This document shows positions 42,201-55,000 of a DNA stretch of 64,000 bases, one piece after another. Source of the DNA: Eledone cirrhosa (lineage: Eukaryota). The notes beneath the pieces are model-generated. The model saw only the letters and a list, made by a program, of their open reading frames with translations. It was not told where the DNA came from and searched no databases. The position numbers were made by a program, and so were the translations under genes. The DNA lies in assembly GCA_964016885.1 (NCBI GenBank), contig OZ024740.1:256122001-256186000 (forward strand), given 5' to 3'. Each line of letters starts with the position of its first letter. Within the stretch, counting starts at the first letter, position 1.

Positions 42201-42949
42201 TATTAGAGAAAGCTTCCCATGCTAATATAATCGTTATAGTGATAAATTAACCTAGCAAGGTTGAAATTTTCATTGGGTTCCTTGCTTATTACGTATAGTA
42301 GCAATAATTTGGGACCCTTGAAATATCATTGGTCTACTGGCTGCTACTCAGCATCAACCACCCTCACACCCCACTGCTTCGTAATTGTGTGAAGCTGTTA
42401 GTTTATGTTCTGATCAAACAAATACTACTACTTGTTTTATATTAACGTCAAAGGTGGAATACATTCAATGTATATATAATAAAAAAGAGTTATTATTTAG
42501 AAATTCCTCAATAAATAAGCAATAACATTGTCTGCAAGAATTCCTCAATTTTTTTTCAAAATTGCATAAGACTTTAATAGGTTATATTTTCTTGGAGAGA
42601 CATAGATGTCACTTTCGAATATAATTAATGTAAGGATGTATGTTTTCTTTTAATAGATTAATTAATCGTATGATTGGTAATATTGTATTTCAGATTTATA
42701 TGAAAAATGAAATATCATGGCGTCGTGCTGAAACTGAAAATATGTTGCGAGTCTTATTTCTAAAGGATGTTATAAGCCGTATGTATGGACCTGTAACTCC
42801 CAAGGATGTTGTAGGGGGTGCCATATTGACATATGGCGTGTATAGGGCGTTTTTATACCCGGCGGAGCCCATCTTTTCACCAAGTCTGAATATAACAGAT
42901 TTCTTCCAGAGAAGGAGAGAGAAAGTGAGAGAGAGGAAGGAAACATAGA

Positions 42950-43100
42950 GGACGAATCGACCCCAGTACTAGACTGGTACTTTTCATCCACCTCGATTGG
43001 ATGAAAAGCAAATTTAACCTCGGCCGGATTTGAACACAGTGAACAATACGCCAAAACGCATTCTATCCGACGTTCTAACGACTCTGCCAATTCGCCGCCT
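42950..43100 (-). mobile_element. SINE family A (diverged)
   Basis: Reverse complement has ggcgaattggcagagtcgttaga, gttcaaatcc, gcttttcatcc, aagtaccagt. Confidence 0.75.
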
Positions 43101-43249
43101 AGTAGTATATATAGTAGTATTAATACGATAACATAACTCCAGGGGGTGGCTGACGAAGGAAATAGATGCTTATGTTCACTTATCTGCACTATAGGTTTTC
43201 TATTGTGTATATATGGCATAATCATATTTTACTCATGTGTGTGAGCAGA

Positions 43250-44926
43250 ACAGCCAGAAGGGTGTATCCTCGTGAGGTGGAGAGAATACCTTGCTGATCT
43301 CCTAAACCCGATCACAAGAGCATCTTGGGGTGTACATAATGTGCATCTGGGAGCGGTGATTAATTATTCAGAGGCTGAGATCACAAGAGCAGTTAAAGAA
43401 CTCAAGTGTGGCAAAGCCCTGGGGAAGATGAAATCTGGTTCGAGATGTAAAAAGCCTTAAATAGAGAAGGTTTTCTCTGGCTAATTCGTGTGTGCCGGGT
43501 GGACTGGATATCTGGAAAGGCACCTAAGTAACGGCAATCGGGAGTGATAATCCCAATTTTCAAAGAGGGAGACGAGAGAGATTGTTCTAATTACAGATGG
43601 ATCTCTTTGTTAAGCCTCCTCGGTAAAGTCTATGCTAAGTGATGGCCAAGAGATGCAGGGAGATTGTCAAGTCCAAGCTAGCTGATGAACAGTGTGGTTT
43701 TTGCCCAAGATGCAGTACAGCTGACCAAGTATTCACACTGCGGCAAGTCCTCGAAAGATCGTGGGAGTATTGTCAAGAAGTATATTCTTGTTTTGTCGAC
43801 TTTGAAAAGGTATATGACCGCGTTCCTCGGGACCTGCTGTGGAAGGCTGTACATGAGCATGGGATTGATGGTCAGCTTTTTGCTACCCTGATGTCTGTAT
43901 ACGAATGACTTAGTTTTTGAGTTCGGATAAATGGTGCTAAATCGAGACCATTGAATGTGGGAATCTGACTCCGCTAAGGATGCGCACTGTCACCTCTTTT
44001 GTTCATTATTTACATGAAAAAAGAATGACATGCGCAGTCAGGTTGGAAGTGACTGGTGGGTGTAAAATTAGTCGGCTGGAATTTACAAACGACCTGCTGT
44101 TATCTTCGAGTTGCACTTGTTAGGTTTGTTGCCGAGTGCCGCATGGCTAAAATGAAAATCAGTGCTGCGAAAACTGAGACACGCGTCCTCTCAAGGAAGA
44201 TTTTGCAGTGCTTTCCACTTGTAAATGGAGTTCCACTGAAACAGGTAGAGAAGTTCAAGTATCTCGGAGCCGTGTTCACGAGTGATGGAAGGCAGCAGGC
44301 TGAATTAAGTGTAAAAATTGGAGGAAGTGGTGCAGTAATGCGCCAGTTTCAGCTTTCCGTAATCAGAAGAAGGGTGGTAGGTGTAAAAGCCAAACTCGCT
44401 ATCTTCAATTCGATATTCATGCCAACCCTTACCTATGGTCATGAATCTTAGGTAATGACCGAAAGAATACAATCGCAAATACCAGCGGCCGAAACTCGAT
44501 AAAGTGTGTAGCTCAGTAATTTGAGATTAACTCCAGTTTGAGCCGCTACTTCTCCGAACTGAGAGATCACGGTTCCTATATCATAGGCATAGGGTTAGAA
44601 TGTCTCAAGAATAAATCGCTGCACAGATTTTATAGGCAAAACCAACCGGCAAGAGAACCAGGCGTAGACCTAAAGCAAGATGGTTGAATAATATCCATGA
44701 TCTTGACTGATCTCACTTGGGGATCCAGCCGGATCAGTTGGACACGGTTGCTGTTGGCAGGACACGCTGGAAGGAGTGTTTTCCCCCACGACCCTCTGAT
44801 GAAGAAGAAGAAGAAGAAGAAGAAGAAGAAGAAGAAGAAGAAGAAGAAGAAGAAGAAGAAGAAGAAGAAGAAGAAGAAGAAGAAGAAGAAGAAGAAGAAG
44901 AAGAAGAAGAAGAAGAAGAAGAAGAG
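43250..44926 (+). mobile_element. RTE-clade LINE, RT and 3' end with (GAA)n tail
   Basis: RWREY..LLN, IIPIFK.G, NYR.ISLLS..GKVY, EQCGF, DQVFTLRQ, FVDFEKVYDRVPR, VEKFKYLG; (GAA)n at 44801-44926. Confidence 0.92.
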
Positions 44927-45134
44927 ACGTGTCTGTGAATGACTGCATTATCTTGTGTGTGTAGAAGAGAGAGAGAGAGTGTGTGTGTGTCTGAATCTTC
45001 ATGTGTGTGATTGAGTATGTGTGCATGTGTGTGTGTGGCTCTATATATACTTGACATGAAACTCTAAGTAGCAAGATATTCATTCACCAAAGCCTTCTAA
45101 TAAATATACATTCTACATACTTTGCGATTAATAA

Positions 45135-45147
45135 CTATATATATATT

Positions 45148-45182
<35 letters not shown>

Positions 45183-45706
45183 ATGTGTGTGTGCGCGCGC
45201 CTGTGTGTATATATATACATATATTTATATCTATGTTTATGTATATATACATATATGTGTTTATGTGTATGTATATATATATGTGTGTGTATGTATGTGT
45301 GTGTGTGTGTGTGTGTATTTGTGTGCGTGTTTCCTGTGTGTGTGTATGAGTTTGTTAAATACGTCTAGTACATTCGTGAAATTGAGAAATAAATCCCCAT
45401 TTTATCGCTCATGTCTTCCATATTCCAGCGATGAAATAGCAAATAAATAACAACTAAACATAATCTTGCTATCAGCCAACGATAAATGTCTTGTTATATA
45501 TTGATACATTTATTTATATTGATACATTTATACATAGTTTATATTTATTTATATTCAGTAATTTATTTATTTACTACAGTTTTTTATGCCAAACACTCAC
45601 ACTTTCACACACACACTCATTTATATATATATCTATACATATATATATACATATATACATAAATATATATATATATATATATATACAGACACAGGGAAGC
45701 ATACAG

Positions 45707-45762
<56 letters not shown>

Positions 45763-45774
45763 GTATGTATGTTG

Positions 45775-45838
<64 letters not shown>

Positions 45839-45853
45839 TATATATATATATAA

Positions 45854-45897
<44 letters not shown>

Positions 45898-45979
45898 GTG
45901 TATATGGATGTGTGTGTATAGATATATATTCATATAAATGATGTGTGTTTATGTATGATTATAAATATATATATAAATT

Positions 45980-46037
<58 letters not shown>

Positions 46038-46620
46038 TGTGTTTATATATATACACATGTATCTACATACATATAAACATACATGTACACAACCGCGCAC
46101 GCATATATATGTGTGTGCATGTATGTACATATAATCTTCGCCTGTTTTTTTGTTTTCTCAGCGTGTGTATATGTTGTATATGAATGTGTTTATCTGTGTA
46201 TTTATTTCTCAGCGTGTGTTTATGTTGTATATGAATGCGTGTATCTGTGTATTTATTTCTCAGAGTGGGTATATGTTGTATATGAATGTGTGTTTGTGTG
46301 TGTGTGTGTGTGTGGGTTTCGGTTTGTCTACCCGGCGTTTCTTCGTTTACCTCTTTCATTCATATTCATTATGATTGATCAATGTCATAAACGACATCTT
46401 TGGAAAGATTGATGGCTGTTTTTCCTTCGTTAGCTTGCTCCCTAATAGCACCACCACCACCACCACCACCACTACCACCACCACCATCACCACCACCACC
46501 ACCACCACCACTAACGCTACTACCACAACCATCGACATCACGACTACCACCATCACAACCTCACAACCACAGATACAAGCACCAAGTCATTATCATGACA
46601 TTGACATCATCATCATCACC
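45135..46620. repeat. Microsatellite and low-complexity region, including three copies of a roughly 52-bp unit at 46153-46295 and (CAC)n
   Basis: Seen directly. Confidence 0.85.
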
Positions 46621-46672
46621 GCCATCATCAATGTCGCTATCAATAATATTGTGATATCAATCTCCACCACAG

Positions 46673-46673
<1 letters not shown>

Positions 46674-46703
<30 letters not shown>

Positions 46704-48030
46704 CTTCTTCTTCTTCGCTCATATATTCCTGAGAGAGTCGTAGAGCATCATCCTCAAACGCTCCTTCCAGCTGGTCCTGCCAGAAGCAACCGTCTCCAAT
46801 TGATCCGGAGGGATGCCCATGCGAGATCACCCAAGATCATGGATGATATCCAACAATCCTGCTTGAGGTCAACCCCTGGGTCTCCGGTCGATTGGTTTTG
46901 CCCGTAAAATCTGTCCAGCGATTCTTTCCTGAGACATTATAACCACATATCCTTAATATCGGAGCTATGAATCTCAATTTGGAGAAGTAGCGTTTCTACC
47001 TGGAGTGACTCTCTGATCTCCGAACTACGCCCTCTATCGAGTAATGTTACTCCCAAAACACTTCGGAGGAATCCCATTTCGGCCGCTTGTATTCGCAATC
47101 ATATTCTTTCGGTCATTACCCAAAATACATGACTATAGTTAAGGGTTGACACGAATACCAAATTGAAGATAACGAGTTTAGCTTTTACACCTACCTCCCT
47201 ACTTCTGATTACTGAAAGTTGAAGTGGGCGCATTATTGCACCAGTTCCTGAAATTCTTGCACTTAAGTCATCTTCCATCACTCGTGAACACGGCCGCGAG
47301 ACACTTGAAATTCTCTACCTGCTTCAGTGGAAATCGATTCACATGTAGAGTGCAGTGCGCAAGCTTCACTGATAGTACGAGCAGTTTTCGCAGCACTGGT
47401 TTTCAAGCCACTTATACGGCACTTGCTATCAAACTTATCAATTACAAGTCGGAGATCACCTTTTTAGGGTTAAGTAACTCCATGTCGTCTGCAAATTCCA
47501 GCCGACTGATTTTACACCCACCAGTGATGATACCACTCCCAACCCGGCTGCGCATGTCAATCCTGTTTATGTAAATAATTATTTCTATTTTTGGCACAAG
47601 GCCAGCAATTACCCAGTACATTACTGGTACTTTATTTTGTCGACCTCGTAAGGATGAAAGGCAAAGTTAACCTCGGCGGGATTTGAACTCAAGCCGTAAA
47701 GGGACGTAACTATACTGGAAAGAATGGCGTCCGACTCTCTACCGCTTGTAAATAATTGTTTCTACTATTGGCACAAGGCCAGCAATTATTCCAGTGCATT
47801 ACTGGTACTTTATTTTATCGACCCCGTAAGGATGAAAGGCAAAGTTAACCTCGGCGGGATTTGAACTCAGATCATAAAGGGAGGTAACTCTATGCTTCAA
47901 AGCATGGCGCCCGACCCTCTACCGATACTGCCAATGCACCGAATGAACAGTAGAGGTGACAGTACGCCTCCTTGGCGGAGTCCGACTCCCACATTGAATG
48001 GTCTCGATTTAGGACCATTTATCTTAACAC
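46674..48030 (-). mobile_element. RTE-clade LINE 3' fragment with (GAA)n tail, interrupted by two SINEs
   Basis: GLRQGGVLSPLLF (47990-47942), ISRLEFADDMEL, VGVKAKL.IFN, WVMTER; (TTC)n at 46674-46716. Homologous to 43920-44800. Confidence 0.9.
47581..47940 (-). mobile_element. Two tandem SINE family A copies
   Basis: 47581-47746 and 47758-47940; the first is flanked by an 11-bp duplication tgtaaataatt (47570-47580, 47747-47757). Confidence 0.9.
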
Positions 48031-48272
48031 AATGTAGAAAAATGTAACACCTTGTACTGTAACATCTACCAATGTCAGTTTTCTATATAATACTGCGTTT
48101 ATTATAACGACACCTTCATTGTATCCTATAAGGATAGCATACCACCATTAACACCACCACTATTGGCTACAGTACTGTGAACGTTAAATCTCTTTATTTT
48201 AAATATATTAATATATTAATTGTTTCTTTTAAATATATTAATGCTTAATGATAATGTGTTAACAAAGTATCA

Positions 48273-48344
<72 letters not shown>

Positions 48345-48349
<5 letters not shown>

Positions 48350-49751
48350 TACAATAACAGAGATAGTTTAAAGCTAATCTCTGACTGGTAACCATCTCAC
48401 TCAACAAACATTAGGTTATATTTTAATATAAACCCAATTTAAGTGTTTGGGGTGCTAACAATATGTATTATGTGGAAAAGCCAGTTGTATTATTTTATGA
48501 GATATAATTAAAGTTAAAATATATCTCTCTTTCCAAACAATTGTTTCATTATAAGTTTTCTACAAATTCGGAGAATATTTCCAGTTTATGTAGAAGCCTA
48601 ATATACATTCATGTAAGAATATATTTAGGTGGGCGCTTATAAATCATCAGTGGAAGCCCAATAAACTTTGATATAAGAAAAGCATTTCTTACCACAGTAA
48701 AAAATCGTGTCCGTTAAGTTGCTCCTTCCCGCATCGAATGACCGGCAAATTTGAAATTCCAGCAGTTTTTGACTGAGGAAGTATTATAGCGTCACTAAGC
48801 GGGAAGGGGAGACAACTACGATCCACGAAAGGAGGAAAAAATAATAATATACACGCGGGTTAATCAGTTTTTTCGAAAACATTATCAATCCAACGTGTTA
48901 AGAACTCAATTGAAATTAAAAAAATAAATATATGCGTGTATAAATTACACACGCATATAGATATTTTCTTAGGCTAAAAACAGAGGTTGTACCTGAATAA
49001 GAAACCGCATCTCGTAACCGTAGTAAATACGGAAATTTATGCTTTAAAGGGCAAATGGGAATGTAAATCTCCGGCCGAATTAAGAGTAAAATATAAAACA
49101 CACGCGGGTTAATTAGTTATTTCAAAACTAATATCAATTCCTCGTGTAAAGAACTCAATTAATTTAAAAAAATAAATGTATGCATGTAATTATATACATA
49201 GGCATATATATATTTTCTTAGGCTAAAAAACAGAGAAGTTACAACCAATAAAAACCACAATATCGCACAACAGTAATAAATACGGAAAGTCAAATTTATA
49301 AGGTACCTGGAAATAAACACCTCTGGCCAATCAATACAATAACAGTTATTTCAAAACTAATATCAATTCCTCGTGTAAAGAACTCAATTAATTAAAAAAA
49401 ATAAATGTATGCATGTAATTATATACATAGGCATATATATATTTTCTTAGGCTAAAAAACAGAGAAGTTACAACCAATAAAAACCACAATATCGCACAAC
49501 AGTAATAAATACGGAAAGTCAAATTTATAAGGTACCTGGAAATAAACACCTCTGGCCAATCAAGAGTAAAATATTAATACAATAACAGAGATAGTTTAAA
49601 GCTAATCTCTGACTGGTAACCATCTCACTCAACAAACATTAGGTTATATTTTAATATAAACCCAATTTAAGTGTTTGGGGTGCTAACAATATGTATTATG
49701 TGGAAAAGCCAGTTGTATTATTTTATGAGATATAATTAAAGTTAAAATATA
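48345..49751. repeat. Composite direct-repeat unit between (TA)n tracts
   Basis: 48345-48523 matches 49573-49751; 49115-49333 matches 49344-49562; a diverged third copy lies at 48850-49100. Confidence 0.88.
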
Positions 49752-50223
49752 TATACACGTATCAAGAAATTCGCTTTCAAATATAAAAACTGGAGAGGTA
49801 TAGGTAAAAGAGTTATATCAGTTCTAAATACGATAATTTATTATAATAATCTGTATACACGGCTACATATAATTTCTTTTTAAATTTACATGAACTACTA
49901 TTTTAGATTATTTACACGTAGAGCAAATTATTCATTAAAATGATACTAAACACTTATTTACATAATAATTTGATTTACAATTGATTCATCCTCGTGGGAT
50001 TCAATCATTTCATAAATAAATACCTCAACAAGTTAATACTTTCGAACGCACAAAAAGGCGGTAGAGTTTTGTTTACATTCTACAAAACTGCATAGTAATC
50101 ACGAGAGATATTGTTTGCCACGTGCAGCATGACGTTAATTCAAACTGTCATTCACACAAATGTCATACACCAAAATGGTCTTGTAACCATAGGCAATGCC
50201 AATTTTTCTACATAATAAATATT

Positions 50224-50521
50224 GATTTCTTTATTAGCCACAAGGGCGCAACAAGAAAGGGGACAATACAAAGACATGCCGGGGATTTTACATACAGTCG
50301 TGTAAAAAATATAAAAACAAACAATTTCAACAATCGAAATCCCCAATAGTGGGGAGGCGCCACAAATGGGTTGTTTAATACCCCGTCGATAGAACAACCC
50401 TCAACTCAAGGAGCGTGTTGTGCAAGTGCTCCTTTCTTCCTTTTGCTCTCTTCCTCAACCTACAGGCTTATAAACAGAGAAGGCCCAATCACTCGGGCCA
50501 TTTTCGCTTCATTCACCCACC
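50224..50521 (-). mobile_element. 5'-truncated Tx1 3' end with 19-bp target-site duplication
   Basis: Reverse complement ends cccttgtggctaataaagaaatc; tttctacataataaatatt at 50205-50223 and 50522-50540. Confidence 0.9.
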
Positions 50522-50550
50522 TTTCTACATAATAAATATTATATATATAT

Positions 50551-50920
50551 ATGTATTCTCTGCAACATCGCCATGAACACTACATCTGCATGATGTGGAA
50601 CATATTCCATCAGCGTTGCCCAAATGTTGTTGGCATCAGCTTTAAAAAATCACACTCGCATCTCATAACAACAATAAAGCACAATTATTTCACCTCAATT
50701 GGCCCCGCTCTCTTTAACATTACACCAAAACATATTAAAACAGAAACAGACACCATAAAGTTCAAGAAATGCTGGGTAAACACTTGGATATGTCTCCGTA
50801 AAGAATAACTCTCTACTTGACTGGGTCATGGTGTCCAAATTCTGATTTGAAAGACTTCACCAGGCGTTGGTATTAAGTTAGACATGGCTTGGGCCAATAC
50901 TGGCTGAAACCTATCAAAAT
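50551..50920 (+). mobile_element. CR1/L2-group LINE 3' fragment
   Basis: YSLQHRHEHY..MWNI...CPN and F...GPALFN..P..I......KFKK resemble the C-terminus of CR1-group ORF2. Confidence 0.6.
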
Positions 50921-50926
50921 TGTGTG

Positions 50927-50965
<39 letters not shown>

Positions 50966-50988
50966 ATGTGTGTGTGTGTGTGTGTGTG

Positions 50989-51205
50989 TAAAAGGTAAAC
51001 AGAAATAACAACACAATCGGTACAGTATATGGAAGGAATATATTAGGTCAACGCTTGAAATAGCAGGAAGAGGGTCTTAACTTTTCGGACGCTAGTCCTT
51101 CATCAGAAGAAAGAATGAGAAATTAGAAAGATTGAAGAGACGAGCGGGGTGTAATTGGAAATAATGTTTTAAGAGAAAAATAACGGGTCCATTCATGTGG
51201 CCATC
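50989..51205 (-). mobile_element. Solo PLE terminal repeat (copy of 339-560) with hammerhead motif at 51075-51110
   Basis: High identity to 339-560. UCUU-CUGAUGA-A-GGAC(UAGC)GUCC-GAAA-AG-U-U-AAGA; stem II is fully Watson-Crick here. Confidence 0.85.
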
Positions 51206-51299
51206 TATATCCGTACGTGGTTGATGACTGAGAAAACAGTAATAAATACCGAAGTAAACAGGCGAAACTCCAAAGTAACAAGATTCACTATTTAACCTT

Positions 51300-52033
51300 A
51301 AGAACAGTCAGATAAAATATACCCAATTTTTCTTCTCCTTAGTCCGCAGAAATTAACTAGATAAATAATCATTTAAACGGAACTAAGTTTAAAATGTAAC
51401 TTTGAAGAAATAACAGATAAATGATACAGATTATCCCCTGCGAGGAACAGTCAGATAAAATTTACCCAGTCTTTCTTCTTAGCCCGTAGAAATTAACTAG
51501 ACAGATAATCAATTAAACGGAGCTAAGTCTAAAATGTAAGTTTGAAGAAAAAATGCGTATAAACTTTATCAAAATTCATCTAATCCCGTCTATCGATAGT
51601 TTCGCTTGTACTTTGTGGGTATGTCCAATCCTGGTAATATCCATGAGGTTTCGAGCTTATTAACAGACTCCCTCAAGTTAGGTCTAAAATTTCTACAGTG
51701 ATCGCCGCCGGAAATGAATTCAAAATGGGTAAGAATTATCACAGGACCAGCGGTCAAAGTAGAAGGTTATGAATGGCATGCTGGATGGCAGGTAGGTTCG
51801 CTGCTAGAAAGAACAGTTAGATACCGCCTAAGGTTTACTCGACCGAACGGGAGTATAGACTAAATTCATAGGGATATATATATATATATTTAGACATAGT
51901 CACAGATACATATATGAGTGTGGCTACCTTCCACGGTGTGGCTCAATGAAAAAAATTAATTAAGCAAATAATTATTAATCAGAGCTATATAAATTTGCGA
52001 GAAAAATTGGGTATATTTTATCTGACTGTTCTT
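51300..52033. repeat. Two direct copies (51300-51410, 51445-51550) and one inverted partial copy (about 51960-52033) of a roughly 110-bp motif
   Basis: aagaacagtcagataaaatatacccaatttttc at 51300-51332 is the exact reverse complement of 52001-52033. Confidence 0.8.
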
Positions 52034-55000
52034 CAAACGGCAGACACCAACGGCAGCCACTACCGGCAGACACCAACAGCAGACACCAGCGGCAGGCACT
52101 AACGGCAGACACCAACGGCAGACACTAACGGCAGACACAAAAGACAGACACAAACCGCAGACTCTAACGGCGGACACAAACGGCAGACATTAACAGCAGA
52201 CACCAACGGCAGACACTAACGGCACACACAAACGTCAGACACTAACGGCAGACACAAACGTCAGACACTAACGGCAGACACCAACAGCAGACACTAACGG
52301 CAGACACAAACGTCAGACAATAACGGCAGACACCAACAGCAGACACTAACAGCAGACACTAACGGCAGACACCAACAGCAGACACTAACGGCAGACACTA
52401 ACGGCAGACACCAACAGCAGACACAAACGACAGACACGAGCGGCAGACGCCAACGGCAGACACTAACGGCAGACACCAACGGCAGACACTAACGGCAGAC
52501 ACCAACGGCAGACACCAACGGCAGACACCAACAGCAGACACCAACGACAGACACTAACGTCAGACACCAACGGCAGACACTAACGGCAGACACTAACGGC
52601 AGACACAAACGGCAGGCCTCAACGGCAGACACAAACGACAGACACTAACGGCAGACACCAACGGCAGACACCAACAGCAGACACCAACGGCAGACACTAA
52701 CGGCAGACACCAACAGCAGACATTAACGGCAGACACTAACGGCAGACACCAACGGAAGACACTAAAGGCAGACAGTAACGACAGACACTAACGGCAGACA
52801 CCAACGGCAGACATTAACGGAAGACACCAACGGAAGACACTAACGGCAGACACTAACGGCAGACACAAACAGCAGACACCAACGGCAGACATTACCGGCA
52901 GACACTAATGGCAGACACCAACAGCAGACACTAACGGCAGACACTAACGGCAGACACCAACGGCAGACACTAACGGCAGACACTAACGGCAGACACAAAC
53001 GGCAGACCTCAACGGCAGACACAAACGACAGACACTAACGGCAGACACCAACGGCAGACACCAACAGCAACACCAACGGCAGACACTAACGGCAGACACC
53101 AACGGCAGACATTAACGGCAGACACTAACGGCAGACACGAACGGAAGACACTAAAGGCAGACACCAACGGCAGACACTAACGGCAGACACTAACGGCAGA
53201 CGCCAACGGCAGACATTAACGGAAGACACTAACGGCAGACACCAACGGAAGACACTAACGGCAGACACCAACGGCAGACACTAACGGCAGACACTAACGG
53301 CAGACGCCAACTGCAGACCCCAACGGCAGACACCAACAGCAGACACCAACTGAAGACACTAACGGCAGACACAAACGGCAGACACCAACGGCAGACACTA
53401 ACGGCAGACACTAACGGCAGACACCAACGCCAGACACTAACGGCAGACACTAACGGCAGACACTAACGGAATACGCCAACTGCAGACCCCAACGGCAGAC
53501 ACCAACAGCACACACCGAGGGAAGACACTAACGGCAGACACCAACGGAAGACACTAACAGCAGACACTAACGGCAGACACCAACGGCAGACACCAACGGC
53601 AGACACCAACGGCAGACGCCAACAACAGACACCAACGGCAGACATTAACGGCAGACACTAACGGCAGACACCAACGGAAGACACTAAAGGCAGACACCAA
53701 CGGCAGACACTAACGGCAGACAATAACGGCAGACACTAACGGCAGATACAAACGGCAGACACCAACGGCAGACATTACCGGCAGACACTAACGGCAGACA
53801 CCAACGGCAGACACTAACGGCAGACACTAACGGCAGACATTAACGGCAGACACTAACGGCAGACACCAACGGAAGACACTAAAGGCAGACACCAACGGCA
53901 GGCACTAACGGCAGACACAAACGGCAGACACCAGCGGCAGGCACTAACGGCAGACACCAACGGCAGACACTAACGGCAGACACAAACGACAGACACAAAC
54001 CGCAGACTCTAACGGCGGACACAAACGGCAGACATTAACAGCAGACACCAACGGCAGACACTAACGACACACACAAACGTCAGACACTAACGGCAGACAC
54101 AAACGTCAGACACTAACGGCAGACACCAACAGCAGACACTAACGGCAGACACAAACGTCAGACAATAACGGCAGACACCAACAGCAGACACTAACAGCAG
54201 ACACTAACGGCAGACACCAACAGCAGACACTAACGGCAGACACTAACGGCAGACACCAACAGCAGACACAAACGACAGACACGAGCGGCAGACGCCAACG
54301 GCAGACACTAACGGCAGACACCAACGGCAGACACTAACGGCAGACACCAACGGCAGACACCAACGGCAGACACCAACAGCAGACACCAACGACAGACACT
54401 AACGTCAGACACCAACGGCAGACACTAACGGCAGACACTAACGGCAGACACAAACGGCAGGCCTCAACGGCAGACACAAACGACAGACACTAACGGCAGA
54501 CACCAACGGCAGACACCAACAGCAGACACCAACGGCAGACACTAACGGCAGACACCAACGGCAGACATTAACGGCAGACACTAACGGCAGACACCAACGG
54601 AAGACACTAAAGGCAGACACTAACGGCAGACACTAACGGCAGACACCAACGGCAGACATTAACGGAAGACACCAACGGAAGACACTAACGGCAGACACTA
54701 ACGGCAGACACAAACAGCAGACACCAACGGCAGACATTACCGGCAGACACTAATGGCAGACACCAACAGCAGACACTAACGGCAGACACTAACGGCAGAC
54801 ACCAACGGCAGACACTAACGGCAGACACTAACGGCAGACACAAACGGCAGACCTCAACGGCAGACACAAACGACAGACACTAACGGCAGACACCAACGGC
54901 AGACACCAACAGCAACACCAACGGCAGACGCTAACGGCAGACACCAACGGCAGACATTAACGGCAGACACTAACGGCAGACACCAACGGAAGACACTAAA

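Noticed and set aside
43147-43240. Hammerhead starting at CUGACGA-AGG
   Set aside because: No downstream GAAA or stem III; at most a truncated remnant.
51585-51690. Hammerhead on minus (long hairpin then GAAACUAUC)
   Set aside because: No recognisable CUGANGA core at the required position.
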